A stretch of DNA of 64,000 nt from NCBI GenBank assembly GCA_010093815.1, contig ML996581.1; one strand, given 5' to 3'. Shown in pieces: positions 26,366-39,582 of the stretch (position 1 is its first letter; every line of letters starts with the position of its first letter). This stretch comes from Pseudovirgaria hyperparasitica. Taxonomy: Eukaryota. A program made the position numbers and the translations under genes. Below the pieces are notes generated by a model. That model had not been told where the DNA came from. It did not search any database and was given only the letters and a program-made list of their open reading frames with translations.

Positions 26366-27193
26366 ATGGACAGCTCTGAGATTGAGAAGACCTCCCGAGC
26401 AGCCTCACCTGCTCCCACAATCCCAGCTCAGACACAACGCGAAGATGAAGACGTGATATCGACGCGTCCAAAGCGCAAGCTTGACGACATGGCAGGCTCA
26501 CACGATGCCAATAGTCAACAGAACACACTTACCTTGGCTGTAAACGTCACCAAGAAACCATTGGCCCAAGCAAGCACACCATCAGCCACGCCCACGCCAG
26601 GTCAGAAACCAATACTTGAGAATCCCTTGACACCAGTCAAGACTCCATCGCACAAGCCTGCACGCTCAGTCGAGCAAGATGCTGCCGAAGACCAGGAACC
26701 GGAGGAACTTGAAGATGACTCAGATCAGTCTGACCCGGGCGAACCGATTGAACGTCTCGACTGGGCGGATCTGGAAGATCGCTTCATGACCGAGATGAGT
26801 GCCCAGCAGCAGAAAGAAGCAGATTCCCTTCGAGAGTGGAACGACCTGATGGAGGTAACATCAGATGCATACTCGAACATCGTCTCCGGGCTCACAAACG
26901 TACAGTTCTTCTCGATATGGTCTGCGGTACCGGGGACCCATGAGCTGGATCGCTGTAAGAAGCGGTACGACGAGTAGATTTGTTCATGGCATACTGTATG
27001 CTGACTTCTTACACAGACTTCGCACACGCATGTCACATGTTCAGAATTCAGAACGGCTACTTGAAGATAAGCGGGAACGCTGTAGGCTTTGATTCACTTT
27101 CCCCCATGCTCATGCTCTCTTTTGCTAATCATGGATACAGATCTGACCGTTGTGAATGCATTCCAGAAAGCGCTTGCACTCTTCAATGAATAA
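26366..27193 (+). CDS. Conserved fungal hypothetical protein with C-terminal coiled coil, 4 exons
   Basis: Spliced C-terminus DWADLEDRF...|FFSIWS...HELDRCKKR|LRTRMSHVQNSERLLEDKRER|YLTVVNAFQKALALFNE*; three short GT-AG introns. Confidence 0.75.
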
Positions 27194-27818
27194 GCCCGTC
27201 CCGTGTAGCTTAGCTGTTTCCATCCCGGAACCCCCCTCGAACCATGCATGGACTTATCTATATGTCTTGTCCATATCACAGCAATATCCTAGGCGTGCAT
27301 GTGCTACTCGTATCGCCATGCGACCTCCCAGTCGGGGATACGATAGAACCGTCACTCTTGCGCGAAACAGGATTCGCTTCCATGCTCTGAAAAACCAGCT
27401 TTGCGATAGCTGAACAGAGCAAGACTACAAAGTCTCAACCCTTGGTTGAGCGGTTGCAAGGGGCCAGAGACGAAAGTCCTTGTCAGGATCCTCTTCCGAT
27501 GCCTTGATGTGTACGTTGAGGATTATATACCCATATTAGCAGCTCTATGTATGTGATTTGAGACTATGTATCAGACCACACCATGAAAGTCACATGTATC
27601 TTATTTTGTGATCGATGACCGTTATGCCTCAACATCAGTATGAACAATGCATCACAATTATCTCTCCAATCTATCTATCTTCTTCTTCTTCGAATTCTCA
27701 CTTCTGCAACTGGAATTTCATAGAACAGACTACCTCTCCATGCATAGCGCGCTGATATGTGGGGTTCTATATCCAGATGAAATTTTGGGGAAACAGTTCT
27801 CCCGTGCCAAGTCTAGCT

Positions 27819-29167
27819 CTATAGTAGCGGGTTGGACCGATACTCGGGCACAACATTGTTCTTGGACGACTTTTCAGCCTGGTTCTCCTTCTCCATATCG
27901 GTGTTTGCTCCAGTGCCGTTAGCCGTAGGTTCCTCTGCTTGCTCTTGCTCCGCAAGCCACTTCTCCGCCTCTAGTGCCGCAATGCAACCAGATCCCGCCG
28001 ACGTGACAGCCTGTCTGTACTTCTTATCCTGCACATCTCCAGCCGCAAACACGCCCTCGACACTGGTCAGCCCGGTACCAGGAGTGGTGACCAAATACCC
28101 GTCCTCGTCCATCTCGAGCTGGCCCTTGAACAGAGCAGTCGCCGGGTCGTGTCCCACGGCGTAAAACAGTCCGTTCGCCTGAATCTCCTCCTCCTTGTTC
28201 GTCTTGTTGTTGACGACTACCAGCGAGCCCATCGTCTTGCCGCCCTTGATCACCTTCGCCTGCGTGTTGTACTTGATCTCCACCTTCGGATGCGTGCTCA
28301 GCCTCCGCGCGTTCGCCTTGCTCGCACGCAGCTGGTCCCTGCGCACCAGTACGGTGACCTTGCTTGCGCGCTTGGTCAGGTAGATTGACTCCTCGACGGC
28401 ACTGTCACCGCCGCCGATCACGACCAGCGGCTTGTTTCTGAATAGCGGGAGGGAGCCGTCGCAGACGGCACATGCGCTGACGCCCGCGTTCCAGAATGTC
28501 TCCTCGCCTTCGAGGTTCAGGCGCCGTGCTTTGGCGCCTGTGGCGATGATTATGGCGTCTGCTGTGTGCTCCTCCTCTTCTAGGGCCTCGTTCTCGCCCA
28601 TGGGGTGTAGCCAGTAGCGGAATGGGCGCTGGGAGAGGTCGACTTTGCCGACAGTGAGGGACTCGATTTTGGTGCCGCAGGCTTCGGACTGTTTTCGCAT
28701 TTCGTCCTATTCGAACATGTCGTTAGCATGGTATGGTGAGTGGGAGCGGATCTGATCTGGTGTGTGTACGTACCATGAGCTTGCCTCCTTGTATGTTCAT
28801 GAAGCCTGGGAAGTTCTCGACCTCATCGGTGGTCGTCAATTGACCTCCGGCAGCGATGTCGTTGGCCATGAAACCTTCGTACATGACAGCTGTGCATAGG
28901 TCAGTCTTTGTGCATTTTCCTGTCTCTGGGTAGACCTACGGTTCAGATCAGCGCGAGCAGCATAGATGGCGGCTGTATGGCCAGCCGGGCCAGACCTATG
29001 GTATGTTAGTACCAGCATCACAAGCCATTCGTTCTTCCCATTCATTCTCTGCACATCGTATGGCGGGGCACGCGACGAACTTACCCGATGACTGCGAACA
29101 ATGTTAGTATCATTCCATGTATTTTCACCTAGCGGGGCATCAACTCACTGACGAGTTTTGAGTGCAT
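27819..29167 (-). CDS. TRR1: Thioredoxin reductase (low-MW type), 5 exons including a 7-nt microexon
   Basis: [20 protein letters not shown]...[18 protein letters not shown], redox motif [38 protein letters not shown]-terminus EYRSNPLL. Confidence 0.96.
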
Positions 29168-29924
29168 ATTGCGCTTTTGTGTGACCCTGGAGGCGAAGGA
29201 AGAAGTTACAGTAGCTGATTTCTTCTGCGGAAATGAAGCTACAGCTGCGAACGGAATGCTTATGGATGCGCGGAGAGGGGTTGCAGCCCTTCGAAAGGCC
29301 GAGGAGAACAGTTTGGCGGTTTAGTGAGTAGTCTTTGGCGCGGTTAGGAAAAAAGTTGTGGATGTTGATTTTTTTCTAGACCCAAAACGATGCGAATGCG
29401 GGATGCTGGTCGGTAGCCGAGCGCAGACAGAAAAGCCCAACGTGAGATGACGTACTTTTGGATGAGGGGTTTCATGCACGATGCGAGTGTTCGTTGAGCA
29501 GAAAGCAAAAGAAGACTGCACAGGGATGGACCTGGGGTTTTGAGGACGTGGCGAGACTACGGATCAGCAACTCTGAGCTGGAAGCATCGGTAACAGTCAC
29601 GCAAGCACAATTGTTGACGATAGATTGACATGTGGTTTTCGCGATGGATGATTTCTAAGGGTTTCCAGCCTGGCGGCACGGGGCGACCTAGACTCTGGCG
29701 ATTCCTGCAGTCTTCGGCGGCGCTCACGGCCGATCCGAAATTAATCCAGCCATTGATTATAAGCAGACCCAGCCCAGATCCCAGGGTGCGTTTCTATCCT
29801 AGGCACAACCTCGAATCGTTCAACTCTCGTGCAGTGCCTATGATGGCATGCTGGCCTTGTGATCGTTACCGTCGGTCCCTACCAGGATGAGACAATGCTT
29901 TCACCCCTGTAGATTGATGTCCTT

Positions 29925-31613
29925 TCACAGTTGCGATTCTTCCCCATACCCACCCCGTTTCCTTAAACTTCGAATGCTATAGACGGTCTCATTGACTTGC
30001 GCGCGGCTTGCCTCTAGAGAACTGTGTCCGTTCGTTTCGGAGAGAGTAGCTCCTATAGCTGGATCTATCTGCCACATCTCACCCAGATCCCGCGACGACT
30101 TTCCAGTAACTATGAAATTTGAGTCCAAAGTGTATGCGCTTAGACGCTCTTTGTGGCTCGTCTCCTGCATTCCCTTGTTAGACGGTATCGGAAAGGGTGA
30201 CCGAGAGACATACTTTGTCCTGTTTGAGACTGTCTGATGACACAACTATCGACTTGTCCATAACGATGAGACAGATGAGATTTCCAGGCAATGATGTAAC
30301 TGCACGCCCGGACACAGTCACAATATCATTGTCGACGCTCATGATGAATGTAAGGAGTGTCGGTACGCCCTCGAGCGCAACTAGGACAAGGTACTATCAT
30401 GACTATCAGTCCATCGACAGCTTCCTTCATATCCTTGAGTGATTGACTTACACGTTGCCGAGGCTCATCATATATCGACCACAAGCCAGATACAGCTATG
30501 TCCACCTCGCCATCTAATCCAGCTTCAACTACAAGGTCTCTCAGATCAAGCTGAGCCAACTTCCTTCCTGCTTTCCAGTCCCAGGCTATGAGGTGATCAT
30601 CACCACCTCCAGATATCAAAACATCAGGAGTAACAAGCAAAAGCTTGCTTACAAACTCGGCATGGCCTAGGCAATAATTTTCGATTATATGAGCCTGAGG
30701 TGGGCCCCGTGAGACCCTTATATGCTCATCTCGGTCCGAAGTAAGAATGTAGTGGCGAAAGTCTCCGGTGTTGCTACTGCCCGTAGTCACAGAGAGAAGG
30801 TCTGTAAGTAGCGAAACGTGACCAAGCAATAATTGATGCTCGAACTTCAATGGCTCTTTGGCATTGGCTACTAGTGCTTGTTTGCGCTGATCCTCAAGAG
30901 CTCTGCGATTCCTGGCAGAATGGACTGTCTTCTCGGATGCAGAAGGCACAAAGGTCTTCTTGGGTTCTTCCGTGATGTTGGAGACAGAGTCGGTCACGAT
31001 TCGTTCTTCGTACTGCAAAGGTATCGCGTAGACGTCGCCAAATTTGTCCCCGCATATGATAGTTCTATTATCGGGAGTCAAGCCGATTGCACACGGTCGT
31101 TTGGGCATGGAACTACCGTAAAATCAGCACGCCGAGGGACAGCTCATGATAGGGATTCAGACCGTTCGCTTAATTCAGATAATCGTCCTTCTGCATCGAC
31201 TCCAAAAACGCGAATGCATTTATCCTCGCCAGTGACAGCAATCAAGTGGGCGCCATCATTCACAGCAACGAGATTAATGATTTTTGGCCGAGCGGCCAGA
31301 TTCATCCCCTTTTCATCTTTTGAGCCAGGCTGCTCGTCTTCCTGTCAAAATTTAGCCCGCCATCACCTATACCTCGCTTCTTAGCAACTGTGCAGGAGGA
31401 CAATGCAGATCATCTCCAAAGATTAGACTGGCTTACAGGTTCTTTTGTGTCCTCTAGTGGCCAAGTTGAAACAATGTGGCCAGTTTTGATATTCACTGTA
31501 AGTATCTGCGGACCACTAGCGGCAAACAGAATGTTACGACGAAACAAACCCCCCTCATCACTACTGGGTTGCGTGACGCCAAAGGTAGCGAGACATTGGA
31601 ATGGATGGTGCAT
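29925..31613 (-). CDS. TRM82: tRNA m7G46 methyltransferase non-catalytic WD40 subunit, multi-exon
   Basis: MHHPFQCL start; MPKRPCAI...CGDKFGDVY, LLGHVSLLTD, ILTSDRDEHIRVSRGPPQAHIIENYCLGH; C-terminal YSIRSLRKR. Confidence 0.9.
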
Positions 31614-31849
31614 ATTGCCACCAGACACAAATATTTTACTCGCAACGGAGTCGTATTTGAAAGCGTGAATGGAGGCACGTTTGAGGACGCAGGAGAATTG
31701 AGCTAGTCCTGGAACGGCTAGTGACTCGCTTGGGCGGTTCCCACATTCATATTCTTTTCGCAACTCAACGCCGAGCTTCTTGATAGAACAATCAAATTAC
31801 CTCACACAACAACGAAAGACCTTAAACATCCTATAATCTCACAGAAGTT

Positions 31850-32908
31850 ATGGGGGGCAAATCTGCAACCAAGGCTGGCTACTTTGACAAGCTCAAGGCC
31901 TTGCTCGAAGAGTACAAGAGTATCTTCATCGTCACCGTCGGTAAGTTGCAATGCGCAGACCAGCAATGCTTTACACATACTGAGCCAATGCAGACAATGT
32001 CTCATCCCAACAGATGCACGAGATCCGTCACTCCCTTCGTGGCAAGGGTGTCGTTTTGATGGGCAAGAACACCATGGTATGGTTCTTATGGACAAGACCC
32101 AACACATCAAGAGAGGTCTAATTCGATATGTGTGCAGGTCCGCCGTGCGCTCAAGGGCTTCATCGGCGATAACCCGGAGTACGAGCGTCTGTTGCCGTTC
32201 GTCAAGGGCAACGTTGGCTTCATTTTCACCAACGGAGACCTCAAGGAGACCCGTGAGCAGATTCTCGCCAACCGTGTTGCCGCCCCTGCTCGTGCTGGTG
32301 CCGTTGCTCCTGCTGATGTCTTCGTGCCCGCCGGTAACACTGGTATGGAACCCGGAAAGACCTCCTTCTTCCAAGCTCTCGGTGTTCCAACCAAGATTGC
32401 TCGTGGTACCATTGAAATTACCTCGGACTTGAAGCTCGTTGAGGCTGGTAACAAGGTCGGAGCCTCCGAGGCCACCCTTCTCAACATGTTGAACATCTCT
32501 CCGTTCACGTACGGTATGGGTATCTCCCAAATTTACGACGACGGACAGACTTTCGACTCAAGCGTGCTCGACATTGAGGAGTCCCAACTTCTCAAGACTT
32601 TCACCTCTGCGATCGCCACCATTGCCACCATCTCCCTTGCCCTCAACTACCCAACACTTCCTTCAGTTATGCACTCCGTTGTAAACTCTTACAAGAACGT
32701 TTTGGCTATTGCCGTTGGAACCGACTACTCATGGGAAGGCATTGAGGAGCTCAAGGACCGCATCGCCAACCCCGACGCATACGCATCCTCAGCTCCCGCT
32801 GCCGGTGGTGCTGCCGCTGCCGCAGACGATGCCCCGGCTGCTGAGGCCGCCAAAGAAGAGGAGGCTGAAGAGTCTGATGACGACATGGGCTTCGGTCTGT
32901 TCGACTAA
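31850..32908 (+). CDS. RPP0: 60S acidic ribosomal protein P0 (uL10), 3 exons
   Basis: [16 protein letters not shown]..., [15 protein letters not shown]-terminal [13 protein letters not shown]. Confidence 0.98.
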
Positions 32909-33332
32909 ACAACACTGGGAGCATCAAGATATCATCATATGTCCACGGTAATGAAGCTCTGAAGACTATGAAGAACATTGAAAATATGACAACACCAGAC
33001 CTTGGAACGGTTGATACATTGACGTGACGTGAATATACTCGGTGATGACGCATTGCGCATCATTATGCTTGTCTGAGGTACGTTTACATCTCTATTCACA
33101 CTTGCTCTCTTCCTCGGATGATTAATAAAACGCTTTTTAACTCTGAGTACCTCAATGAGGATCAAAAACAACAACAACACTCTAATTTTTTCATGACACC
33201 TGCCAAAATCGAAACACTGTTTATTTGCACCATCAGGGCGAATTTTGACTAATGGCAATACAGATTCCACAGTAAGATCATTGTGGCAGGCTAGATCAGG
33301 CTTCACGCTACTTTCGACTCGTACATTCTTCT

Positions 33333-34559
33333 CTATGTGTCTATGGTTTTTACCGTATCCATATTTACCCTTAACCACCACACCCAAGCTTTACTTACTC
33401 CTCCAATGCCCTCACACACAGCCTCGCTCTCGCGATTACCGACCCCAACATAAGCCAATGCCCAGCCATCTTCTTCGGGATATTCTCTAAAGAGCTTGGC
33501 TGCCAATGTCTTCGCAATTCCCTTGCCCCGATACTCCGGTTCAACGTGCATGCTTGACAATGATCCATCATACCCCAAGAACGCCCATGCAACAGCCTCA
33601 GAACTGTGTTCTTGCCCTGACTCCTTGGTACCGTCCGTAGTTGAATATACACTCATGCTATTCCAAATCTTCAATGTCCTATGCGTCTTCGGTATGGGAC
33701 TCCGTATCCTCACAAGATCCAAGTCCTGTTCACGTACCTTCCCCCACCTCAATCCCCTCCCGAGCTCTCTCCCGTGCGGTAACCCATCGGGTACGCGAAA
33801 CACGTACATATGATGCGCAAGATCACGTATCGGCGGCATAACAAGCAGCCCATACAGATGCAGAATCGTAGACGGCAGCGCAGCCACAGCGCCAAGCTTC
33901 ATCACCCCCGGATTATGCACGTCGCGCAAGAAGAACGCATGCTCAGGATAATGCGACTTCATCGCCTCCGGATGCTGCTCATCCGCCGCCTTCTTCATCG
34001 CGTCGACAAGCCGCGCTGCACGCTCCACGTCTTCCAGCCGCTCGGCCGTGTGCGGGCGCCACTCGACGTTCGTCCCAACGAACTTCATCAGCGAGAGCAG
34101 CGCAGATGCGCAGGGCGTCAGCAGCGGTTCCCGCGACTCCAGCGCAGCTCTATCTAGATCTGAAACATGGGTATGACCGAGCTGTGCATCCTCCTGACCT
34201 TCCGAGACAATATCACCCGTAGGCCTGACGCCCAGCTCTCGCGCACACGCACAGCGGCCGTCAACTTCGCCGCTCAGAAACAGCCACATCTCCGTCGCGG
34301 GGCGGTGGGAGCGGTCGACGAAGGCGGCGGCGAAACATTGTGGGAGAAGGTGAGGGCGGGGAAGCTCTGCGGGTGTTGCGTGACTCGCTGCGTTCGGATC
34401 GGGTGGTGGGAACGTGGATAAGATAAGTGCATCTTCAGTCTTGAAGGAGTGGTTTAGTCTTCTGTATAGCGGGAGACTGTGAGGGAGGAATTGACGGAGG
34501 TGCGGGACGAGAGTTGCGCCGGAGGAAGGGTGGATGTAGGTTTTGGAGTGGGGCGGCAT
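33333..34559 (-). CDS. GNAT-family acetyltransferase (FR47-like C-terminal domain)
   Basis: LPHSLPLYRRL at N-terminus; VAWAFLGYDGSLSSMHVEPEYRGKGIAK acetyl-CoA motif A. Confidence 0.85.
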   Translation of the reverse strand: MPPHSKTYIHPSSGATLVPHLRQFLPHSLPLYRRLNHSFKTEDALILSTFPPPDPNAASHATPAELPRPHLLPQCFAAAFVDRSHRPATEMWLFLSGEVDGRCACARELGVRPTGDIVSEGQEDAQLGHTHVSDLDRAALESREPLLTPCASALLSLMKFVGTNVEWRPHTAERLEDVERAARLVDAMKKAADEQHPEAMKSHYPEHAFFLRDVHNPGVMKLGAVAALPSTILHLYGLLVMPPIRDLAHHMYVFRVPDGLPHGRELGRGLRWGKVREQDLDLVRIRSPIPKTHRTLKIWNSMSVYSTTDGTKESGQEHSSEAVAWAFLGYDGSLSSMHVEPEYRGKGIAKTLAAKLFREYPEEDGWALAYVGVGNRESEAVCEGIGGVSKAWVWWLRVNMDTVKTIDT

Positions 34560-35186
34560 GAGGGGCAGGCAGTATGGGAGGGGAATTCTGGAAATGTATG
34601 CATGTCAACGCCGATGAATCGTGAGAAATGTACCTTGCTATATATAGGCAAAATACTAATAATTCGGAAACCTGATGACGAGGTGCATGCGAGGAAGTTT
34701 TGACCAGGGTTCAGCGGGTCGAATCTGAGTCACATATACATAGCGTCAGCCCATGGTAGAAGCGATGAGGTATTAGCACAAGTAGTCTATATTTGATAAG
34801 CAGCGCGCAGACAGCGCCTCACAAAGGGACGTGTCTCTAAAGATACTATAGAGCTCCAGCACTGCCCAGCCATGTTTTAACCATGCAGCAACGTCGAACG
34901 CCGAAGGTTGAGGAAATCGTAGCAGCCCGGATGAATAAGAAATGCTAGGCCTACAACAAGCGGATACACAAAAGTAGAGGAAGGGAATGGTATGACCCCG
35001 AAAGGAAGATGCCCCGTCTATCGCACGCGGAATGTAGCAAGAACAGAAATTCCGAGATTCTTGGAGCCTTTTGCCGTCTTGTCGCTCATATGGTCATCCT
35101 TAAGCACATATCGCGTGTTTTGTCGAGCTTGTCTAGGGAAACGTTCGATTCGTCACCTCATTCAGCCATGAATAGAAATCGTGAAT

Positions 35187-36619
35187 CTACTGTGACGCGC
35201 ACTGTACGCGTTCGCCTCCACCATGCATATCATCATCATCTTCGTCGGTCATACCACGTGAACGAGAATCCTCACGGGTCGGATCCACATCTTCCAAAGT
35301 GAAATCCTCTGTCATCGCATCGGCTGGAGGCTTGTTATCTGACTTCCTCGGGGGCAAGACGCTCTCCAAAGCTGCAATCTGTTCGCTTGACAACGGCGCG
35401 CCATCAGGACCACCTAGACGCTCAGGGAATCGAACATCGAATTGGATATAAAGGTTGCCAAAGTCATGGTGTCTGTAGGACGGCATGCCCTGGCCTGGAA
35501 TCTTTTTGACGGTGCCTGAATCAGATTAGCATACCAAGTCTACTCGGTTTGACACATTTCAGCTTACCAGGTGATATGATCTCGCCAGGGATGATTTCGA
35601 CCGTTAACCATCGCTCGTCGAGGTGTTCGATGTGAATGTACCCACCTGCCAAAGCAGTAAGAAGGTCTACCTCGGCATGATAGAAAAGGTCGTCCTCTTT
35701 CCTTTGGAATCTTGAGTGGGGCTTTTGCTCAATCTCGAAAACGACGTCGCCAGGTTCGACGCCGGGCATCTGATCTCCTTCGCCGCGGAACTCAATCTTC
35801 GTTCCACTGCGGACACCCTTATCAACGTGCACGTGAAGAACCTTTCTTTCAATGATCGTCTTCTTCCCGTTGCATTGCTTGCATCGGTCACGGTCACGCA
35901 TCGTTTCACCTTCACCTTGGCAGTCATTGCAGACGGTCTGAAATCGTTGAACCATGGGACCCATCTGGCGCATCATGGTCTTCATACCACGGCCATCACA
36001 ACCCGCACATTTCTTGACGGCTCCCTCCTTTCCACCACGACCGTCGCATTTAGGGCAAATGACTGACTTCTGAAGCGCAAGTTTCGAGACTTTCCCTTTG
36101 TAGACGTCCTCAAGGGAGACCTTATGAACGTGCGCAATCGTACGTGCCTTTTTAGGCCCTTGTTCACGCATCCCGCCTCCGAACATGTTTCCGAAGGGGC
36201 CACCACCTCCACCGCCGCCACCAAAGAAGTGTGCGAAGAGGTCTTCAGCAGCCATACCACCGCCGGGACCACCGGCGCCTCCTTCTAACCCTTCTTCACC
36301 ATATTGATCGTATATTTCGCGCTTCTGTGGGTCTGAAAGAATCTCGTAAGCGTGGGATAGCTCTTTGAATTTCTCGGCAGCATCTGGGTTATCCTTGTTC
36401 TTGTCTGTACTATTGTCAATCTATGATCCTCAGGTATGAACCGTGCAACGAACCTGGGTGGTACCTCAAGGCGCCCTTCTTGTACGCCGACTTCATCTCT
36501 TGCTCTGTCGCATTTGGGCTCACCTGCGTAGAATGTAAGTTCGTTATGTCTGTCAAGATGGAGCCAGCTGTGGTAGCACTTACACCCAGAGTGGTGTAGA
36601 ATTTGGTGTCTTTCACCAT
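35187..36619 (-). CDS. YDJ1: Type I DnaJ/Hsp40 co-chaperone Ydj1/Mas5, 4 exons
   Basis: MVKDTKFY, J-domain HPD split by an intron, G/F region, CxxCxGxG repeats, C-terminal CaaX CASQ. Confidence 0.96.
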
Positions 36620-37415
36620 CTTGTCTTATGATAGACTGTTCGTTTACGTGGCGTTTGTGGAATCCAGATATGGTCGAGTTTTGGTATCCTAAGGAAGAGA
36701 TGGGTCGGATATCTTATTACGAGTGTTAGCGTCCTATTCCTTATAGGCAAATGCAGATATTTGGAGCCTGTGGTAGAGACAGGTGGCAGGGAAGGTTGGT
36801 GATAGTAGTACATGCAGGCGAGGCTGAACGAAATGTAATAGTGGATCGAACTCACCGAGACGTCTCGTCGCAAACGCAGTCAGACACAAAGATATGAGCG
36901 ACTGCTGCTGAACTGATCTGTGGAATGTATGGGCGAGTTGGCTTCTAAGTGGAAGACGAATGATTTAATGTATGGGTGAGGATGTCGAAGGGTCAACAGC
37001 CTGCAGGCGGCTGGCAGGGCAGAAAATTAGCGAAGAATTCCAAAGGCTTCGATGCACTTCGCCGCGGGACGGATCGCCTTGAATTTGCCGCGACAACGCA
37101 AATACGTGTGTCAAAGATGCCCCGTGAGTTTAGTAAATAGAAAACAATAACAAAAGAACACCCGAGATCATTCGAAACGGAAATGCGCACCGCTTTGACC
37201 TTGTACGCGGACTGGATGTTATCATGTTGCGCGTTTCAGGAGCAATAGTGGTGGCTAGGTAGGCTGTCCTGTTTCGGCAAGGCTAGACTCGGACTGTGGC
37301 TGCGACCTCCCGTTGATTGGTCAAATCTGGCTGCCAGTCGAATGTGGATTGTCCCGCATCTCTTTCACAGCTGGCGGCGCAAAGTTACAGTTGGCACGGT
37401 TCATCAGATATCAAG

Positions 37416-38069
37416 ATGTCGTACGACAACGAGGAATCAAGCCCCGGCTTCATTGCAGCGCTCGTGGAGGCCAGGCAGGGTGCAGCTGAGGGCGGAGTGC
37501 CCATCGGAGCCTGCTTAGTGGCTCAAGACGGCAAGATATTGGGACGAGGACACAACATGAGGATCCAAAAGGGGAGTGCTACGCTACATGTCAGTTTCTA
37601 CACTGCCAGTGCCAAAACCAAACAAAGAAGCTGACCGCTGATATCATGCAAAGGCGGAAATATCGGCCTTGGAAAATGCCGGTCGGCTACCGGGTATCGC
37701 ATATAAGAATGCGACTATGTACACGACATTATCTCCATGTGACATGTGTACAGGTGCATGTATTATGTATGGCGTGAAACGAGTAGTGATAGGTGAATGC
37801 TTGCCGAATGGATTATCTTTTACGATCTAATATCGACCTGTTACCAGGTGAGAACAAAACTTTCGTTGGCGGCGAGCAATACCTCCATGCCAGAAACCGC
37901 GAAGTAGTCGTTCTACAGAATTCGGAGTGTCAAGACTTGATGACTAGATTCATCAAAGAGCACCCTGAGGAGTGGTAAGAAACCTGCTCCACACGTCTCA
38001 TATGTCTTGGAACTTACAACTGGTAGGAACGAAGACATTGGCAAAGAGGGGTCTGTCGAGAGCCCTTAA
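37416..38069 (+). CDS. FCY1: Cytosine deaminase, 4 exons
   Basis: EGGVPIGA...GRGHNMRIQKGSATLH|AEISALENAGRL...YTTLSPCDMCTGAC...|GENKTF...PEEW|NEDIG. Zinc motifs HxE and PCxxC. Confidence 0.95.
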
Positions 38070-38078
38070 CAATCAAGG

Positions 38079-39371
38079 CTAACCAGATAACCTATGTATC
38101 TCTTGAAAATAATGTAGCAGATCATCGGGCTTGACGAAGGGTGTGATTCCTATGCCGGGTTAGTGCGTTACATGTAGGTATGGGAACCACATACCATGCC
38201 CCAAATTTGCTATCCAGCCTTGTTTGCCGCCCTCGAAGCCATGCACCATTTCTTCCACTGCCGCGGTGATAGCAGCTTTGCCACCGTAGAGGACACCTGG
38301 GTCTGCATTACCTTGAAGAACCTTATTGTACTTCTTAGCGACCTGGTAGGCCTCTGCAGGAGCATGAAGCCAGTCGAGACCAATCGTGTTGTAATTTGTC
38401 TTGCACAGATCCTCTAACGCATACCATGCGCCTTTTGCAAAAACAGTCATGGGTACGACCGGTTGACCAAGTTCAATCAAACGAGGTGGCAAATTATCGG
38501 CGATGTACGTAAGATACGGCATCGAGAAAGTCTTGAACGCCGATGGTGAAAGCTCGCCAGCCCAAGAGTCAAATACTTGGATCATCTGTGCATCTCGTGT
38601 TAGTGTTAAATATGCCCTTGATTGTTGATCACGCACCTGAGCGCCTGCAATGACTTGCTCGGCCAAGTACTCTACGCACAGTCGTGCAATCTTGTCCAAG
38701 AGCCTCTTGCTTTCTTCCGGGTACTTGTATATCCAGGTCTTCACCTGAATGAACATCTTGCTCCCGCCTCCTTCAATCATGTAGCTCATGAGCGTCCAAG
38801 GTGCACCACAAAACCCTATCAATGGCACCCTACCTTGGAGCTTCTGTCTTGTCAGGGTGATCGCCTTATACACATAATCCAGCTCTTTCTTCACATCAAC
38901 GTCGCGGTCCATGACTTCGCCGTACTGTCCATCTTCCGGGCTCTTCAATGGATTAGGAAAGTGAGGTCCTTTCTTATCTACCATGACGACCTCCATTCCC
39001 ATAGCCTGCGGTATAACGAGGATATCCGAGAAGATGATTGCAGCATCTACCAAGCCTGCATAACGCTCGATAGGTTGTAGAGTCAAGGTTGACGCAATCT
39101 CTGGGGACCGACAGCACTCAAAGAAGTCACGGTTGCCTTTTGCCTCATGGTATTCAGGAAGATACCGACCGGCTATAGACAGTCAGCGATATTGTTCAAA
39201 AAACCAATTTGAATTTTTCGTACCTTGTCTCATCACCCACATGGGAGGCCGCTCCACGCGCTCGCCTATACCGCATTAAACTTGTGGCGCAACGTATCGT
39301 GTTTTGCCTACAATACCTTTCGCGGTCCTGAGTATCAAGTCATTCTTCAAGGGCTCGAACTGAACTGCCAT
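38079..39371 (-). CDS. HEM12: Uroporphyrinogen decarboxylase, 5 exons
   Basis: [40 protein letters not shown]..., [33 protein letters not shown]...RLSG*. Confidence 0.96.
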
Positions 39372-39582
39372 CGTTGTGAAAGTCAATGACTGATGTGTGC
39401 GAGGGCAACCGTGGCAGTTTTCTACCCATCATGGTCTTCATCCAGCATGGGCTTAAGTTCCCCGCGGTCCCGCATCCATTTAGCCACTCCCGCTCCGACT
39501 GAGCCACCGTGGCTGAGACACATCTTGTACTAAATCAGAATAGGTAGGGCTTGACCTATGCAAACAACAGCTTCGCGTCTTG

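Noticed and set aside
29925..29936. TRM82 C-terminal SQL as a PTS1
   Set aside because: Weak variant preceded by acidic residues; Trm82 is a nuclear tRNA-modification subunit.
37317..37415. In-frame non-AUG extension upstream of FCY1
   Set aside because: Contains acidic residues, has no targeting-peptide character and no strong near-cognate start context.
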